This document shows, piece by piece, positions 11,505 through 22,374 of a DNA stretch of 64,000 nucleotides. This stretch comes from Tagaea sp. (GTDB taxonomy: Bacteria; Pseudomonadota; Alphaproteobacteria; CACIAM-22H2). The notes under the pieces were generated by a model, which made no database searches, was not told the origin of the DNA, and saw only the letters and a program-made list of their open reading frames with translations. Each line of letters starts with the position of its first letter. Within the stretch, counting starts at the first letter, position 1. The DNA is taken from positions 384,001 through 448,000 of the forward strand of contig CBDIIB010000004.1 of the NCBI GenBank assembly GCA_965279525.1, written 5' to 3'. Both the position numbers and the translations under genes were made by a program.

Positions 11505-11861
11505 CTAGACCGAGAACGAGTTGCCGCAGCCGCACGAGCTCTTGGCGATCGGATTCTTGATCTGGAACGACGCGCCGATCATGTCTTCGACATAGTCGAT
11601 CTGCGAGCCGCCGAGCAGGTCGAGCGAAGTCTCGTCGATCACGACGGTTGCCCCGTCGCGTTCAACGACCAGATCGCCCTGAGCGACCGCATCGTCGAAC
11701 GTGAAGCCGTACTGGAAGCCCGAGCAGCCGCCGCCAGACACGGAGATGCGCAGCATCATGCCCTTGTGTTCCTCCTGCGAGAGGATGAAGGCGATGCGTT
11801 TGGCCGCAGACTCGGTAACATTGACGGTCTTCGGCGTATCGGCGAGGGCGGCGTCGGTCAT
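11505..11861 (-). CDS. erpA: A-type Fe-S cluster carrier (ErpA/HesB family)
   Basis: GGGCSGFQY and SCGCGNSF motifs; usual position between xth and dgt. Confidence 0.9.
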   Translation of the reverse strand: MTDAALADTPKTVNVTESAAKRIAFILSQEEHKGMMLRISVSGGGCSGFQYGFTFDDAVAQGDLVVERDGATVVIDETSLDLLGGSQIDYVEDMIGASFQIKNPIAKSSCGCGNSFSV

Positions 11862-12005
11862 GGTCGAACTCCTGATCCTCCCTAACAGTTAAGAATTGTT
11901 CCCGCCATGTCAATGGACGTCGCGAACGAACGCAAAACATCCCTGCCAGGAGCGTGGGGATTCGACATTGCGGGGGCGGAAGGCCGACGTTAGCTTGCCC
12001 GGGCA

Positions 12006-13205
12006 ATGTCACGGGTTCGCCAAGCCGAGTCGAGACCGCCTTCCGCGCCGCCCGATCAAGGCCAACGGGCTGTTTTCGCATGCTTTCCGGAGCTTAGCCG
12101 GGGCCGGCGCGTGGCCGAACCTGAGAGTACGCTGCGCACCGCTTTCCAGCGCGACCGCGACCGGGTGATCCACTCGACGGCCTTCCGCCGGCTCAAGCAC
12201 AAGACGCAGGTCTTCGTGGCGCACGAAAGCGACCACTACCGCACGCGCCTGACCCATTCGCTTGAAGTGGCGCAGATCGCGCGCACGCTCGCGCGCACGC
12301 TCGGTCTCGACGAGGACCTGACGGAGTGCGTGGCGCTTGCCCACGATCTCGGCCACACCTGCTTCGGCCACGCGGGCGAAGAGGCGCTGCATGGTGCCAT
12401 GGCGCCTTACGGCGGATTCGATCACAACGCCCAGACGCTTCGCGTGCTGACGAAGCTCGAATGCCGGCATGTCGGCTTCGACGGCCTCAACCTGACCTGG
12501 GAGAGCCTCGAAGGCGTCGTCAAGCATAACGGCCCGCTCCATCCGCCGTTGCCGGCCGCGATCGCCGAATATGTCGCCGGCCACGATCTAGAACTCGATA
12601 CCTACCCGGGTGCTGAAGCACAGGTCGCCGCCCTTGCTGACGACATCGCGTACAACGCGCACGATCTCGACGACGGGCTGCGCGCCGGCCTGTTCGGTCT
12701 CGGTGATCTCGCCGGGCTGGCGCTCGTCGGCCCGACCTGCGCCGCCATCCAGGCCGAGCACCCCGGGATCGAGCCGGCGCGGACTGCCGGCGAACTCGTC
12801 CGCCGGCTGGTCGGCGCGATGGTGGCCGACGCGTTGACGGAAACGCGCGCGCGCATCGCGAAGGCTCGACCGGCTTCGGCCGACGCGGTCCGCAAGCTCG
12901 GCCATCCGGTTGTCGCCTTTTCCATTCCGTTCGGCCATCAAATGGCCGCGATCAAGGGGTTTCTTTTCGAACGCATGTACCGCCATCACACCGTCAACAC
13001 GATGACCAGCCGGGCCCGCGACGTCGTGCGCGCCCTGTTCGACAGATATCTTGCCGACCCGGCCGGGCTGCCGGCGCAATGGCAGGCCCGCGTGAGTGCG
13101 GACGACCGGCCGCGTCTTGCGCGCGCCGTCGCGGACTATATTGCCGGCATGACCGACAATTTCGCGCTGCAGGAACACAAGCGCCTGTTCGGGGGCGCGG
13201 CATGA
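12006..13205 (+). CDS. dgt: Deoxyguanosinetriphosphate triphosphohydrolase
   Basis: [33 protein letters not shown] (HD), [14 protein letters not shown]; start uncertain. Confidence 0.92.
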   Translation: MSRVRQAESRPPSAPPDQGQRAVFACFPELSRGRRVAEPESTLRTAFQRDRDRVIHSTAFRRLKHKTQVFVAHESDHYRTRLTHSLEVAQIARTLARTLGLDEDLTECVALAHDLGHTCFGHAGEEALHGAMAPYGGFDHNAQTLRVLTKLECRHVGFDGLNLTWESLEGVVKHNGPLHPPLPAAIAEYVAGHDLELDTYPGAEAQVAALADDIAYNAHDLDDGLRAGLFGLGDLAGLALVGPTCAAIQAEHPGIEPARTAGELVRRLVGAMVADALTETRARIAKARPASADAVRKLGHPVVAFSIPFGHQMAAIKGFLFERMYRHHTVNTMTSRARDVVRALFDRYLADPAGLPAQWQARVSADDRPRLARAVADYIAGMTDNFALQEHKRLFGGAA

Positions 13206-14959
13206 ACATCTTTGCCGAATTCCACGCCGCCCTCGGCGTGGCGCTCGAAGCGCTGGTGGCTGAAGGAAAACTGCCCGCCGGTCTCGATCTCGCGCGCGCC
13301 GTCGTCGAGCCACCGCGCGATCCGACGCATGGCGACCTGTCCACGAACGCGGCGCTCGTCCTTGCGAAAGGGGCGGGTACCAAACCGCGCGACGTGGCGC
13401 AGATGCTGGCCGACAAGCTCGCCGCCGATCCGCGCGTCGAGAAAACCGAGATCGCGGGACCCGGCTTCGTCAACCTGCGGCTCAATCCGTCGGTCTGGCG
13501 GGATCTGGTGCGCGCGATTCTCGCGGCCGGCACCGGATATGGCGCCGGGAAGGCCGGGGCAGGGCGGCCGGTCAATGTCGAATACGTGTCGGCGAACCCG
13601 ACAGGCCCGATGCATGTCGGCCATTGCCGCGGTGCCGTCGTGGGCGACGCGCTCGCCTCGCTGCTCGACAAGACCGGCTTTGCGGTGACGCGCGAGTACT
13701 ACATCAACGACGCCGGCGCCCAGGTGGATACGCTCGCACGTTCGGTCCATCTTCGCTATCGCGAGGCGCTGGGCGAGGCGATCGGCCAGATCCCGGAAGG
13801 CTACTATCCCGGCGAATATCTGGTGCCCGTCGGCAAGTCGCTTGCCCAGAAGCACGGCGACAAGTACCGCTCGGCCCCCGAAGGCGAATGGCTTGCCGAA
13901 TTCCGCACCTTCGCAATCCACGCGATGATGGAGCTCATCCGCGGCGATCTTGCTGCGCTCGGCGTGAAGCATGCCGTGTTCACCAGCGAACGGCGCGACA
14001 TCGTGGGCGAGGGCCGCGTCGAGGAGGCGATCGAGCGGCTCAAGCTGCGAGATCTCGTCTACACGGGCGTGCTCGAGCCGCCCAAGGGCATGAAGCCCGA
14101 CGACTGGGAGCCGCGCCCGCAGCTCCTCTTCAAAGCGACCGAGTTTGGCGACGACGTCGACCGGCCGTTGCGCAAGTCCGACGGCAGCTGGACCTATTTC
14201 GCGGCTGACATGGCCTATCACCTCGACAAGTACCGGCGCGGCTTCGTGCGGCTGATCGACGTGTGGGGCGCGGACCACGGCGGCTACGTCAAGCGCGTGG
14301 ACGCGGCCGTCAAGGCGCTGTCGGAGGGGCGTGCCACCTTCGAGGTGAAGCTCTGCCAGATGGTCAACCTGATGGACAAGGGCGAGCCGGTGAAGATGTC
14401 CAAGCGTTCGGGCAACTTCGTCACGCTGCGCGACGTCGTCGACGAAGTGGGTGCCGATGTCGTGCGCTTCGTCATGCTGACGCGCAAGCAGGACCAGCAT
14501 CTCGATTTCGACTACGCGAAGGTGCGCGAACAGTCGAAGGACAATCCTGTTTTCTACGTCCAGTACGCGCATGCGCGACACCGCTCGGCGTTCCGCCAGG
14601 CGCTGCAGGCGTTCCCGGACATCGACACGTCGGATGCCGCACTCGCGAAGGCAGATCTCGACCGCATCGTCGACGGCGAGGAGCTTTCGCTGCTACGCCA
14701 GATTTCCGGTTTCCCGCGCATGCTCGAAGCCGCGGCCGAGGCGGGCGAGCCGCACCGCGTGGCGTTCTGGCTCTACGATCTCGCTTCGCAGTTCCATGCG
14801 CTGTGGAGCCGCGGCAACCACGAGACGGCGCTGCGCTTCGTCGTACCGGACGACCTGGAGCTTACGAAGGCGCGCCTGGCGCTGCTGCGCGCATTGGGTG
14901 TCACGATCGCGGCCGGGCTCGAGTTGCTCGGCGTGCGCCCTGTCGAGGAGATGCGGTAG
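13202..14959 (+). CDS. argS: Arginine-tRNA ligase
   Basis: [16 protein letters not shown] (HIGH), [23 protein letters not shown]. Confidence 0.97.
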   Translation: MNIFAEFHAALGVALEALVAEGKLPAGLDLARAVVEPPRDPTHGDLSTNAALVLAKGAGTKPRDVAQMLADKLAADPRVEKTEIAGPGFVNLRLNPSVWRDLVRAILAAGTGYGAGKAGAGRPVNVEYVSANPTGPMHVGHCRGAVVGDALASLLDKTGFAVTREYYINDAGAQVDTLARSVHLRYREALGEAIGQIPEGYYPGEYLVPVGKSLAQKHGDKYRSAPEGEWLAEFRTFAIHAMMELIRGDLAALGVKHAVFTSERRDIVGEGRVEEAIERLKLRDLVYTGVLEPPKGMKPDDWEPRPQLLFKATEFGDDVDRPLRKSDGSWTYFAADMAYHLDKYRRGFVRLIDVWGADHGGYVKRVDAAVKALSEGRATFEVKLCQMVNLMDKGEPVKMSKRSGNFVTLRDVVDEVGADVVRFVMLTRKQDQHLDFDYAKVREQSKDNPVFYVQYAHARHRSAFRQALQAFPDIDTSDAALAKADLDRIVDGEELSLLRQISGFPRMLEAAAEAGEPHRVAFWLYDLASQFHALWSRGNHETALRFVVPDDLELTKARLALLRALGVTIAAGLELLGVRPVEEMR

Positions 14960-14962
14960 GCG

Positions 14963-15835
14963 ATGCTGCCCGAAGGTGCGAGCCCCATCCTGAAGATCGA
15001 CGGCGAGGCCGCGCACGATGCTGTCGCGGCGCGCAAGCAGTCGGGCAAGGGCGGTGCCCGCATGTTCGGGGCCGTGTTCGCGTTCGCCGCGATCGTCGGG
15101 TTCGGTAGCCTGATCGCCTATTACTTCGTGCAGAACCGCGACGGCAGCCTCGATCCGGCCAACATTCCGGTCGTGCGGGCCGATCCGCGACCGATGAAGG
15201 TCAAGCCCGAGAATCCGGGCGGGATCGATGTGCCGTTCCAGAATACCGAGATATACGACCGTGTCGGCCAGCAGACGGGCGGTATGGCGCCGGTACGCCC
15301 GCCGGCCGCAGGTTCCGTCCCGCCGGCCCGACCCGGCGAACGGCTGTTGCCAGGCCCCGAAGCGCCGATGCCCCGACCGCAACCCCCGCCGGCACCCGTG
15401 GCGGCCATTCCGGTCGTGCCCGAAATCGTGGCCCCGCCGGACGCCGTCGTCGTGACGCCGACACCGCCGCCGGCCGCACGTGCCCCTGCGCCGCTTGCGG
15501 CCGCCCCGTCGCTGCCAGCACCCGCAGCGCCGGCCGTGGCCGCCGCACGACCGGCTCCGGCCGCGCCGGCAGCGGCAGCACCGGCCGGGCCCGGCCCGCG
15601 CATCCAGCTTGCCTCGGTGCGCGACATGGCCGACGCGCAACGCGAATGGGCGCGCGTTACACGCCAGTATTCCGACGTCCTCGGCGGGCTGTCGCCGCAG
15701 TTCGTGCCTGCCGATCTGGGCGACAGGGGCGTGTTCATCCGTGTCCAGGCAGGCCCGTTCGCGAGCCCCGAAGCCGCCCGTGCCGCATGCGATGCCTTGC
15801 GCGCGCGCGGCGCAGGCTGCAACGTGGTGCGCTGA
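14963..15835 (+). CDS. SPOR-domain cell division protein (FtsN-like)
   Basis: Single TM helix, Pro/Ala-rich linker, C-terminal IQLAS...RVQAGPF...ACDALR...C SPOR domain; usual position after argS. Confidence 0.85.
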   Translation: MLPEGASPILKIDGEAAHDAVAARKQSGKGGARMFGAVFAFAAIVGFGSLIAYYFVQNRDGSLDPANIPVVRADPRPMKVKPENPGGIDVPFQNTEIYDRVGQQTGGMAPVRPPAAGSVPPARPGERLLPGPEAPMPRPQPPPAPVAAIPVVPEIVAPPDAVVVTPTPPPAARAPAPLAAAPSLPAPAAPAVAAARPAPAAPAAAAPAGPGPRIQLASVRDMADAQREWARVTRQYSDVLGGLSPQFVPADLGDRGVFIRVQAGPFASPEAARAACDALRARGAGCNVVR

Positions 15836-16863
15836 TGACTCGACGCCACCCGCTTGCCGCGATCTTCGGATGCGCCGGCACCGCCCTGACGCCCGCCGAG
15901 TTCGGCTTCCTGCGCGAAGCCGATCCGCTGGGCTTCATCGTGTTCGCGCGCAACATCTCGACGCCTGATGCCACCCGTGCGTTGATCGCCTCGTTCCGCG
16001 AAGCCGTCGGGCGCGACGATGCGCCGGTGCTGATCGACCAGGAAGGCGGACGTGTGGCGCGCCTGCGCCCGCCGCATTGGCGCAAATCGCCGCCGGCCAA
16101 GACCTTCGTCGAGCGTGCGGCCGTGCGCGGTCAGGCTGCCGCAGTCGCGGCCGTGCGGACGAACTTCCGGCTGATCGCGGCCGAACTCACCGCACTGGGC
16201 ATCGATGTCGACTGCGCGCCAGTCGCCGACGTGCCTGTCCCCGGCGCCCACGACGTCATCGGCGACAGGGCTTATGGCGCCGATCCGGCCGTGATCGCCA
16301 CCTATGCACGCGCCGTGGCCGACGGGCTGCTCGATGGCGGAGTCATCCCGGTCGTCAAGCACATGCCGGGGCATGGCCGCGCGCGATCGGACAGCCATCA
16401 TGAACTGCCGGTCGTGGACGCGTCTCGCGCCGATCTCGAGCGGACGGATTTCGCGCCCTTCAAGGCATTGGCCGACCTGCCGTGGGCGATGACGGCGCAT
16501 GTGAAGTTCCTCGACATCGATGCCGACCGTCCGGCCACGACCTCGGCCTTCGTGATCGAGAACGTGATCCGCCGGCATATCGGGTTCGGCGGACTGCTGC
16601 TTTCGGACGACCTGTCCATGCAGGCGCTTGCCGGCACGATGGCCGAACGCACGCGCGCATGTCTTTTCGCGGGCTGCGACGTCGTCCTGCACTGCAACGG
16701 CGATTTCGCGGAAATGGAGCAGGTCGCACTGGCCGCGCGCCCGCTTGACGACGAAGGCGCCGAACGCGTGGCGTCCGGCGTCCGGCTTCGCAATGCCCGG
16801 GTGCGCGCAGGATTCGACACGGCGGGTGCCGAAGCCGAACTGAGTGCGTTTCTGGCCGGATGA
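15835..16863 (+). CDS. nagZ: Beta-N-acetylhexosaminidase (GH3)
   Basis: [33 protein letters not shown]. Confidence 0.93.
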   Translation: MTRRHPLAAIFGCAGTALTPAEFGFLREADPLGFIVFARNISTPDATRALIASFREAVGRDDAPVLIDQEGGRVARLRPPHWRKSPPAKTFVERAAVRGQAAAVAAVRTNFRLIAAELTALGIDVDCAPVADVPVPGAHDVIGDRAYGADPAVIATYARAVADGLLDGGVIPVVKHMPGHGRARSDSHHELPVVDASRADLERTDFAPFKALADLPWAMTAHVKFLDIDADRPATTSAFVIENVIRRHIGFGGLLLSDDLSMQALAGTMAERTRACLFAGCDVVLHCNGDFAEMEQVALAARPLDDEGAERVASGVRLRNARVRAGFDTAGAEAELSAFLAG

Positions 16864-16879
16864 ACCGAAGGAGAGACCT

Positions 16880-17536
16880 TTGCTGACGATTTACGGCGTC
16901 TACCGCTCGCGCGCTTCGCGCAACATCTGGCTTGCGAACGAGCTTGGCCTGAAGTTCAAGCATGTGCCGGTCATCCAGGCCAATCGGCTGCCCGATCCGC
17001 TTTCGAAGGACGCTCCGCTCAACACGCGAAGCCCTGACTTCGCCAAGATCAATCCGAACTGCCAGATCCCGTCGATCGACGACGACGGGTTGGTGCTGCA
17101 CGAATCCCTGGCGATCAATCTCTATCTCGCCCGCAAGCATGGCGGACCTCTCGCCGCAGCGTCGCCTGCCGAAGACGGACAGATGACGATGTGGTCGCTG
17201 TGGGCCGCGACCGAGGTCGAGCCGCATTCGATCCAGGTTCTCTACAACATGGTCGCCAAGCCGCCGGCAGAGCGCGACACGAAACTCGCGGCAGCCTCGG
17301 TCGAGGCGCTGCGCAGCCGGTTCGCGGTGCTCGACAAGGCTCTGGCGGCAACGAAGCATCTCGTCGGGGGCCGTTTCACGGTCGCCGACGTCAATGTGGC
17401 GGAGATAATCCGTTACGCGACGCCGGCAACGGAACTTTTCGACGCGGCCCCGAACGTCAAGGCGTGGCTTGCCGCATGCCAGTCGCGCCCGGCCTTCAAG
17501 TCGATGTGGGCAACGCGGGACACCGAACCGGTCTGA
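16880..17536 (+). CDS. Glutathione S-transferase family protein
   Basis: TTG start after AAGGAG; [26 protein letters not shown]. Confidence 0.9.
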   Translation: MLTIYGVYRSRASRNIWLANELGLKFKHVPVIQANRLPDPLSKDAPLNTRSPDFAKINPNCQIPSIDDDGLVLHESLAINLYLARKHGGPLAAASPAEDGQMTMWSLWAATEVEPHSIQVLYNMVAKPPAERDTKLAAASVEALRSRFAVLDKALAATKHLVGGRFTVADVNVAEIIRYATPATELFDAAPNVKAWLAACQSRPAFKSMWATRDTEPV

Positions 17537-17755
17537 CGGATTCCGGCACCGCCCTGGCTGGGGTTCTGTGGAAAAGGTGGCGCTTCCGTCCCACCGAACC
17601 ATGGGGTATCCAAATTGAGCCGGATAGCGGTCGAGTCGCAACCGGTTTCGAAAATTTATGTATGTGTCTCAGCGTCTTGTGCGTCGAAGTTACGGTGAAA
17701 TGTCCGCTAAGCGAACCAATCTCCTGCCGGTAACAACAAGGGAACTGGGCGTCCG

Positions 17756-18601
17756 ATGAACGCGGCCGTCGATCCAGGTTTCGAGCCCGATCCCGAACGT
17801 CAGCCGCTCGTGGCCGACGACGGGTCGCTTGTCGTCAATCTCGGTGCCTATGACGGGCCGATCGACCTGCTGCTCGGCCTTGCGCGCGACCAGAAAGTCG
17901 ACCTGACGCGCATCTCGATCCTGGCGCTCGCCGAGCAGTATCTGGCGTTCATCGCGGCGGCCAAACGCCTGCGGCTGGAGATCGCCGCTGACTACCTCGT
18001 CATGGCGGCGTGGCTCGCATTCCTCAAGTCGAAGCTGCTTCTGCCGCCCACGCCCGAGGAGCCCGAACCCGAGCCGACCGCCGCCCAGATGGAGGCGGCG
18101 CTGCGCTACCAGCTCGAGCGCCTTCAGGCCATGCAAGAAGCCGGTGCACGCCTGATGGGGCGCGGCCTGCTCGGGCGCGACGTCTTCGTGCGCGGGGCAC
18201 CCGAAGGCGTTCCGGTCGAGACGACCGAGGTCTGGGACATCAAGCTCATCGACCTGCTCAAGGCCTATGCCGAGTATCGCAACCGTTCGTCGGAAAAGCC
18301 GGTCCTGCGCATTGTCGCGACAGAGCTCGACACGATGGAAGCGGCGATCGAACGGCTTTCGCAAATGCTCGGCAGCATGCACATCCCGGACTGGACGACC
18401 CTGCAGTCGTTTCTGCCGCCGGGCCTGCGCGACGACACGGTCGGGCGCAGCCATGTCGCCGCGACGCTATCCGCCACGCTGGAACTGGTCCGGACCGGGC
18501 AACTCCAGATCCGCCAGGACAGCAGCTTCGGGCCGATCTATCTGCGCCGCCCGCCGGAAAACCAGATCGCCGAATTTCCCGTCGACAGGACACCGCAATG
18601 A
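17756..18601 (+). CDS. scpA: Segregation and condensation protein A
   Basis: YDGPIDLLL, AADYLVMAAWLAFLKSKLLLP, ATLELVR...Q...FGPIY. Confidence 0.93.
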   Translation: MNAAVDPGFEPDPERQPLVADDGSLVVNLGAYDGPIDLLLGLARDQKVDLTRISILALAEQYLAFIAAAKRLRLEIAADYLVMAAWLAFLKSKLLLPPTPEEPEPEPTAAQMEAALRYQLERLQAMQEAGARLMGRGLLGRDVFVRGAPEGVPVETTEVWDIKLIDLLKAYAEYRNRSSEKPVLRIVATELDTMEAAIERLSQMLGSMHIPDWTTLQSFLPPGLRDDTVGRSHVAATLSATLELVRTGQLQIRQDSSFGPIYLRRPPENQIAEFPVDRTPQ

Positions 18602-19383
18602 ACACGGCCAACGAAATCGCCGAACCTGAAATCGAAGCCGAAGCCGAGGCGGTCGTTCCGGCCGAGGCGAGCGAAGCCGAAGCGGTCGAACTGCCGCCCG
18701 AAGAGCTGCATGCACAGGCTGTCCGCGTGGTCGAAGCCCTCGTTTTCGCGTCGTCCGAAGCGCTCAGCATCAAGGATATCGCCCGCCGCCTGCCCAAGAG
18801 CGTCGACATCAAGGCGGTGCTGGCGGAAATCGAGGAACATTATTCGGCACGCGGCGTCAATTTCGTGCGCGTGGCGGGAAAGTTCGCGTTCCGCACCGCC
18901 GCCGACGTCGCCGACAAGCTCAAGATCGAGCGCGTCCAGTCACGCAAGCTCAGCCGTGCTGCCCTCGAGACGCTCGCGATCGTGGCCTACCAGACGGCTG
19001 AAGAAAAGCCGGTGACGCGCGCCGAGATCGAGGAGATCCGCGGCGTGGCGCTGTCGAAGGGCACGCTCGAGATCCTCATGGAAGCCGGGTTCGTCGGGCC
19101 CAAGGGCGTGCGCGAGACGCCGGGCCGGCCGGTCACCTACGCCACCACCGACCGCTTCCTCGAGCATTTCGGTCTCGACGGTATCAAGGCGCTGCCCGGC
19201 CTGCGGGAGCTTGGCGAACTCGGTCTTCTGGATACGCGTCCGGCCGTCAGCGCTTACAGCGAGGACAGCGGGCTTGCGGCCCAGCCCGAGATGGGCGATG
19301 CGGCGGAATCCGAGCCGGAGCTGGTCGACGACCGCGAGATGTCGCCCGAGGATCGGGCCGCCGAGGCGCCGCGCGCGGAGTGA
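18598..19383 (+). CDS. scpB: SMC-Scp complex subunit ScpB
   Basis: VEALVFAS, LSRAALETLAIVAY, VTRAEIEEIRGV, PGRP, FLEHFGL; ATGA overlap with scpA. Confidence 0.93.
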   Translation: MNTANEIAEPEIEAEAEAVVPAEASEAEAVELPPEELHAQAVRVVEALVFASSEALSIKDIARRLPKSVDIKAVLAEIEEHYSARGVNFVRVAGKFAFRTAADVADKLKIERVQSRKLSRAALETLAIVAYQTAEEKPVTRAEIEEIRGVALSKGTLEILMEAGFVGPKGVRETPGRPVTYATTDRFLEHFGLDGIKALPGLRELGELGLLDTRPAVSAYSEDSGLAAQPEMGDAAESEPELVDDREMSPEDRAAEAPRAE

Positions 19384-19423
19384 AGTTGCGTACCGGACGG
19401 CGGTCGCCTAGCTTGCCCCGGTC

Positions 19424-20539
19424 ATGACCGCCCGCCCGCACTTCGATCTCGAATCAAAGCTCCCGGAATTGCCGGGCCTGCGCCTGCAGGGCATTTCCCA
19501 TTCGTTCGGCAGCACGCGTGCGCTGGTCGACGTTTCGCTGGCCGTCGTGCCGGGAGAACTCGTCTGTCTTCTCGGTCCGTCGGGTTGCGGAAAGTCGACC
19601 TTGTTGCGCGTGGCGGCCGGGCTCGAACCGTTGCAGAAAGGCTCGATCGTCCTGGACGGGTGTGCGGTCGCCGAGCCCGGCTACGCTGTACCGCCCGAAC
19701 GGCGCGGCGTCGGGCTGGTCTTCCAGGACTACGCGCTATTCCCGCATCTCGACGTGGCCGACAACGTGGCGTTCGGACTTGCGGGCCTGGATGTGCAGGC
19801 ACGTGCGACGCGCGTGCACGAAGCGCTCGAAGCCGTCGGCATGCTGGCGCAGCTGCATGCCTGGCCGCACACGCTTTCGGGCGGACAGCAGCAACGCGTG
19901 GCGTTGGCGCGGGCACTGGCACCCAAGCCGCGCGTCGTGCTGATGGACGAGCCGTTCTCCGGCCTGGATGCGCGCCTGCGCGAGACGATACGCGACGATA
20001 CGCTGCATGTCCTCAAGCGGAGCGGGGCGGCCACGCTGATGGTCACGCACGATCCCGAGGAGGCGATGTTCATGGCCGACCGGATCGCGGTGATGCGCGA
20101 AGGCGGCATCGAGCAGGACGATGTGCCGCTGCGCGTCTACGGGGAGCCTGCGACCGCTTTCGTCGCCCGCTTCTTTGGCCAGCTCAACGAATATGAAACG
20201 CGCGTCGCGAGCGGAACCGCCGCCACGCCGTTCGGAACCGTCGCCGCTGCGGGCTTCGCCGACGGCGCGCGGGTGAAGATCCTCATCCGGCCCGAAGGGC
20301 TGCGTCTGCGCGACGATCCCGACGCGCGCCATCCGGCCAAGGTCCTTGCCGCACGCCTGCTCGGGCGCTCGTCGTGGATCCATCTGTGCCTTGGCCAGCA
20401 GGCGGGCGAGGGGGACGACGGTCATAGCCACTTCCATGCCCGCGTGCCCGGGCGCTTCCTTCCGGCCGAGGGCGACGTGCTCGGTGTCGAACTCGATCCC
20501 GCCCAAGTCTTTGTTTTTCCGGCCGCCGACCCTATCTAG
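19424..20539 (+). CDS. ABC transporter ATP-binding protein (FbpC/PotA-like, TOBE domain)
   Basis: GPSGCGKS Walker A, VFQDYALFPHL, LSGGQQQRVALAR, LMDEPFS, VTHD. Confidence 0.9.
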   Translation: MTARPHFDLESKLPELPGLRLQGISHSFGSTRALVDVSLAVVPGELVCLLGPSGCGKSTLLRVAAGLEPLQKGSIVLDGCAVAEPGYAVPPERRGVGLVFQDYALFPHLDVADNVAFGLAGLDVQARATRVHEALEAVGMLAQLHAWPHTLSGGQQQRVALARALAPKPRVVLMDEPFSGLDARLRETIRDDTLHVLKRSGAATLMVTHDPEEAMFMADRIAVMREGGIEQDDVPLRVYGEPATAFVARFFGQLNEYETRVASGTAATPFGTVAAAGFADGARVKILIRPEGLRLRDDPDARHPAKVLAARLLGRSSWIHLCLGQQAGEGDDGHSHFHARVPGRFLPAEGDVLGVELDPAQVFVFPAADPI

Positions 20540-20683
20540 GGGGTAGAAATTCCGCCCGGGAGCGGTTGCGGTCGGCGCGCGCGTCTGCCACACTCCGCCC
20601 CGATTTCGACCGAGGGTCCGTCAGGAACGCTTTTAATACAGCGTTCTAGCAGGCCCGGTCTTCGCATCACGGGAGCGACTTCG

Positions 20684-20926
20684 ATGGGTATGACGAGCAT
20701 TTGGCACTGGCTGATCCTTCTTGTTGTCGTCCTCCTGCTGTTTGGGGCCGGCAAGATTCCGAAGCTGATGGGCGACATGGCTTCGGGCATCAAGGCCTTC
20801 AAGAAGGGCATGAAAGACGACGAAGGCACGGCCGGCGAGCAGCCCGCCCAGGCCGGCGTCGCACCGCAGGTGACCGCCACGCCGGCGACGGCCCACGACG
20901 CGAGCGCCGAAAAGCCGAAGGTCTAG
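20684..20926 (+). CDS. tatA: Twin-arginine translocase TatA
   Basis: [27 protein letters not shown]...GIKAFKKGM. Confidence 0.95.
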   Translation: MGMTSIWHWLILLVVVLLLFGAGKIPKLMGDMASGIKAFKKGMKDDEGTAGEQPAQAGVAPQVTATPATAHDASAEKPKV

Positions 20927-20962
20927 TCCGGACGCGACCGGGGAAGGCGCGCAAGGCCGGCC

Positions 20963-21364
20963 ATGTTGGATCTGAGTTGGGGCGAGATCGTGCTGATCGG
21001 GGCCGTGGCGGTGATATTCATCGGCCCGAAGGAACTGCCCAATGCCTTGCGCACGATGGGCAAGTTCATGGGCAAGGCCCGCACGATGGCGCGCGAGTTC
21101 CAGAACAACGTCGACGACATGATCCGCGAGTCCGAACTCGAGGAAGTGAAGAAGAAGGTCCAGTCGGTCCAGAACATCACGACCGGCGGTCTGTCCGGCG
21201 CCATCCAGAACGCGATCGATCCGAAGGGCGAGATCCAGAAGGCGCTCGCACCGCCCGAGACGCTGTCCGCACCCGCCATCTCCGAGCCGGCACCTGCACC
21301 TGCCGTCGCGGCACCGCCTGTCGAAACCCCGGCACCAATTCCCGCCGTCGCAAAAACGAATTGA
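20963..21364 (+). CDS. tatB: Twin-arginine translocase TatB
   Basis: EIVLIGAVAVIFIGPKELP...REFQ. Confidence 0.95.
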   Translation: MLDLSWGEIVLIGAVAVIFIGPKELPNALRTMGKFMGKARTMAREFQNNVDDMIRESELEEVKKKVQSVQNITTGGLSGAIQNAIDPKGEIQKALAPPETLSAPAISEPAPAPAVAAPPVETPAPIPAVAKTN

Positions 21365-21376
21365 TCCGAATTTACC

Positions 21377-22243
21377 GTGGCTGACGATCTCGAAGACAAG
21401 AAAATGCCGCTGCTCGAACATCTGGTCGAGCTGCGCCAGCGCATGCTCTATTCGATCCTCGCGTTCTTCGCATGCTTCATCGTCGCCTATTACTTCCACA
21501 CGCAGATCTTCAACTTCCTCGTCGATCCGCTTCAGCAGGTGTTCGACGGCCAGTCCGGTCGCCGGATGATCTTCACGGCACCGACCGAGGCGTTCTTCAC
21601 ATACATCAAGGTCGCGTTCTTCGTCGGCGTATGTCTCGCCTTCCCGATCATCGCGAGCCAGCTCTGGATGTTCGTCGCGCCTGGTCTCTACAAGAACGAG
21701 AAAAACGCGTTCCTGCCATTCCTGATCGCGACGCCCGTGATGTTCACGCTCGGCGCCAGCCTGCTCTATTATTTCGTGCTGCCGGTGGCGCTCAAGTTCT
21801 TCGCCAGCTTCGAGGTGCCGGCGGGCGAGGGGGCACTGCCCATCCAGCTCGAAGCGAAGATGAGCGAGTATCTCTCGCTCGTCATGACGCTCATCCTCGC
21901 TTTCGGCATAAGCTTCGAATTGCCCGTCCTGCTGCTGCTGCTCGTGCGCGTGGGCCTCGTTTCGGCGGACACCCTCAAGGACAAGCGCCGCTATGCGGTG
22001 GTCGGCGTCGTCGCGTTTGCCGGCGTGGTGACCCCGCCGGACGTGATGAGCCAGCTCTCGCTCGCCATCCCGATGTATCTGCTCTACGAGGCGTCGATCT
22101 GGATCGGTTACATGATCGAGAAGCGCCGCTCCGAGAGCGAGGTTGCGGACGACGAGACGCCGGAAGAAACGGTCCCGGCAGCGGCCGCTGCGGCACCCGT
22201 CCCGTCGTCGCTGCCCGAAACCGATTTCAACCAGGCCCGCTAA
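21377..22243 (+). CDS. tatC: Twin-arginine translocase TatC
   Basis: MPLLEHLVELRQR, FVAPGLYKNE, FELP, TPPD. Confidence 0.96.
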   Translation: MADDLEDKKMPLLEHLVELRQRMLYSILAFFACFIVAYYFHTQIFNFLVDPLQQVFDGQSGRRMIFTAPTEAFFTYIKVAFFVGVCLAFPIIASQLWMFVAPGLYKNEKNAFLPFLIATPVMFTLGASLLYYFVLPVALKFFASFEVPAGEGALPIQLEAKMSEYLSLVMTLILAFGISFELPVLLLLLVRVGLVSADTLKDKRRYAVVGVVAFAGVVTPPDVMSQLSLAIPMYLLYEASIWIGYMIEKRRSESEVADDETPEETVPAAAAAAPVPSSLPETDFNQAR

Positions 22244-22374
22244 GTCCCGGACGCGAATCGCTTTTTGCCGATCTGTGGACGCCCGAGTCGCGCCAGCCTT
22301 ATAAAGATTCGGCGCGTCGGGAACGTCGAGTCGCAATCGACCGTCAAGCCCCCCGACCTGGCGCCCGGAACCGG

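Noticed and set aside
20924-22256. Shared CCGGACGCGA just after the tatA and tatC stop codons
   Set aside because: A 10-bp GC-rich match; could easily be chance
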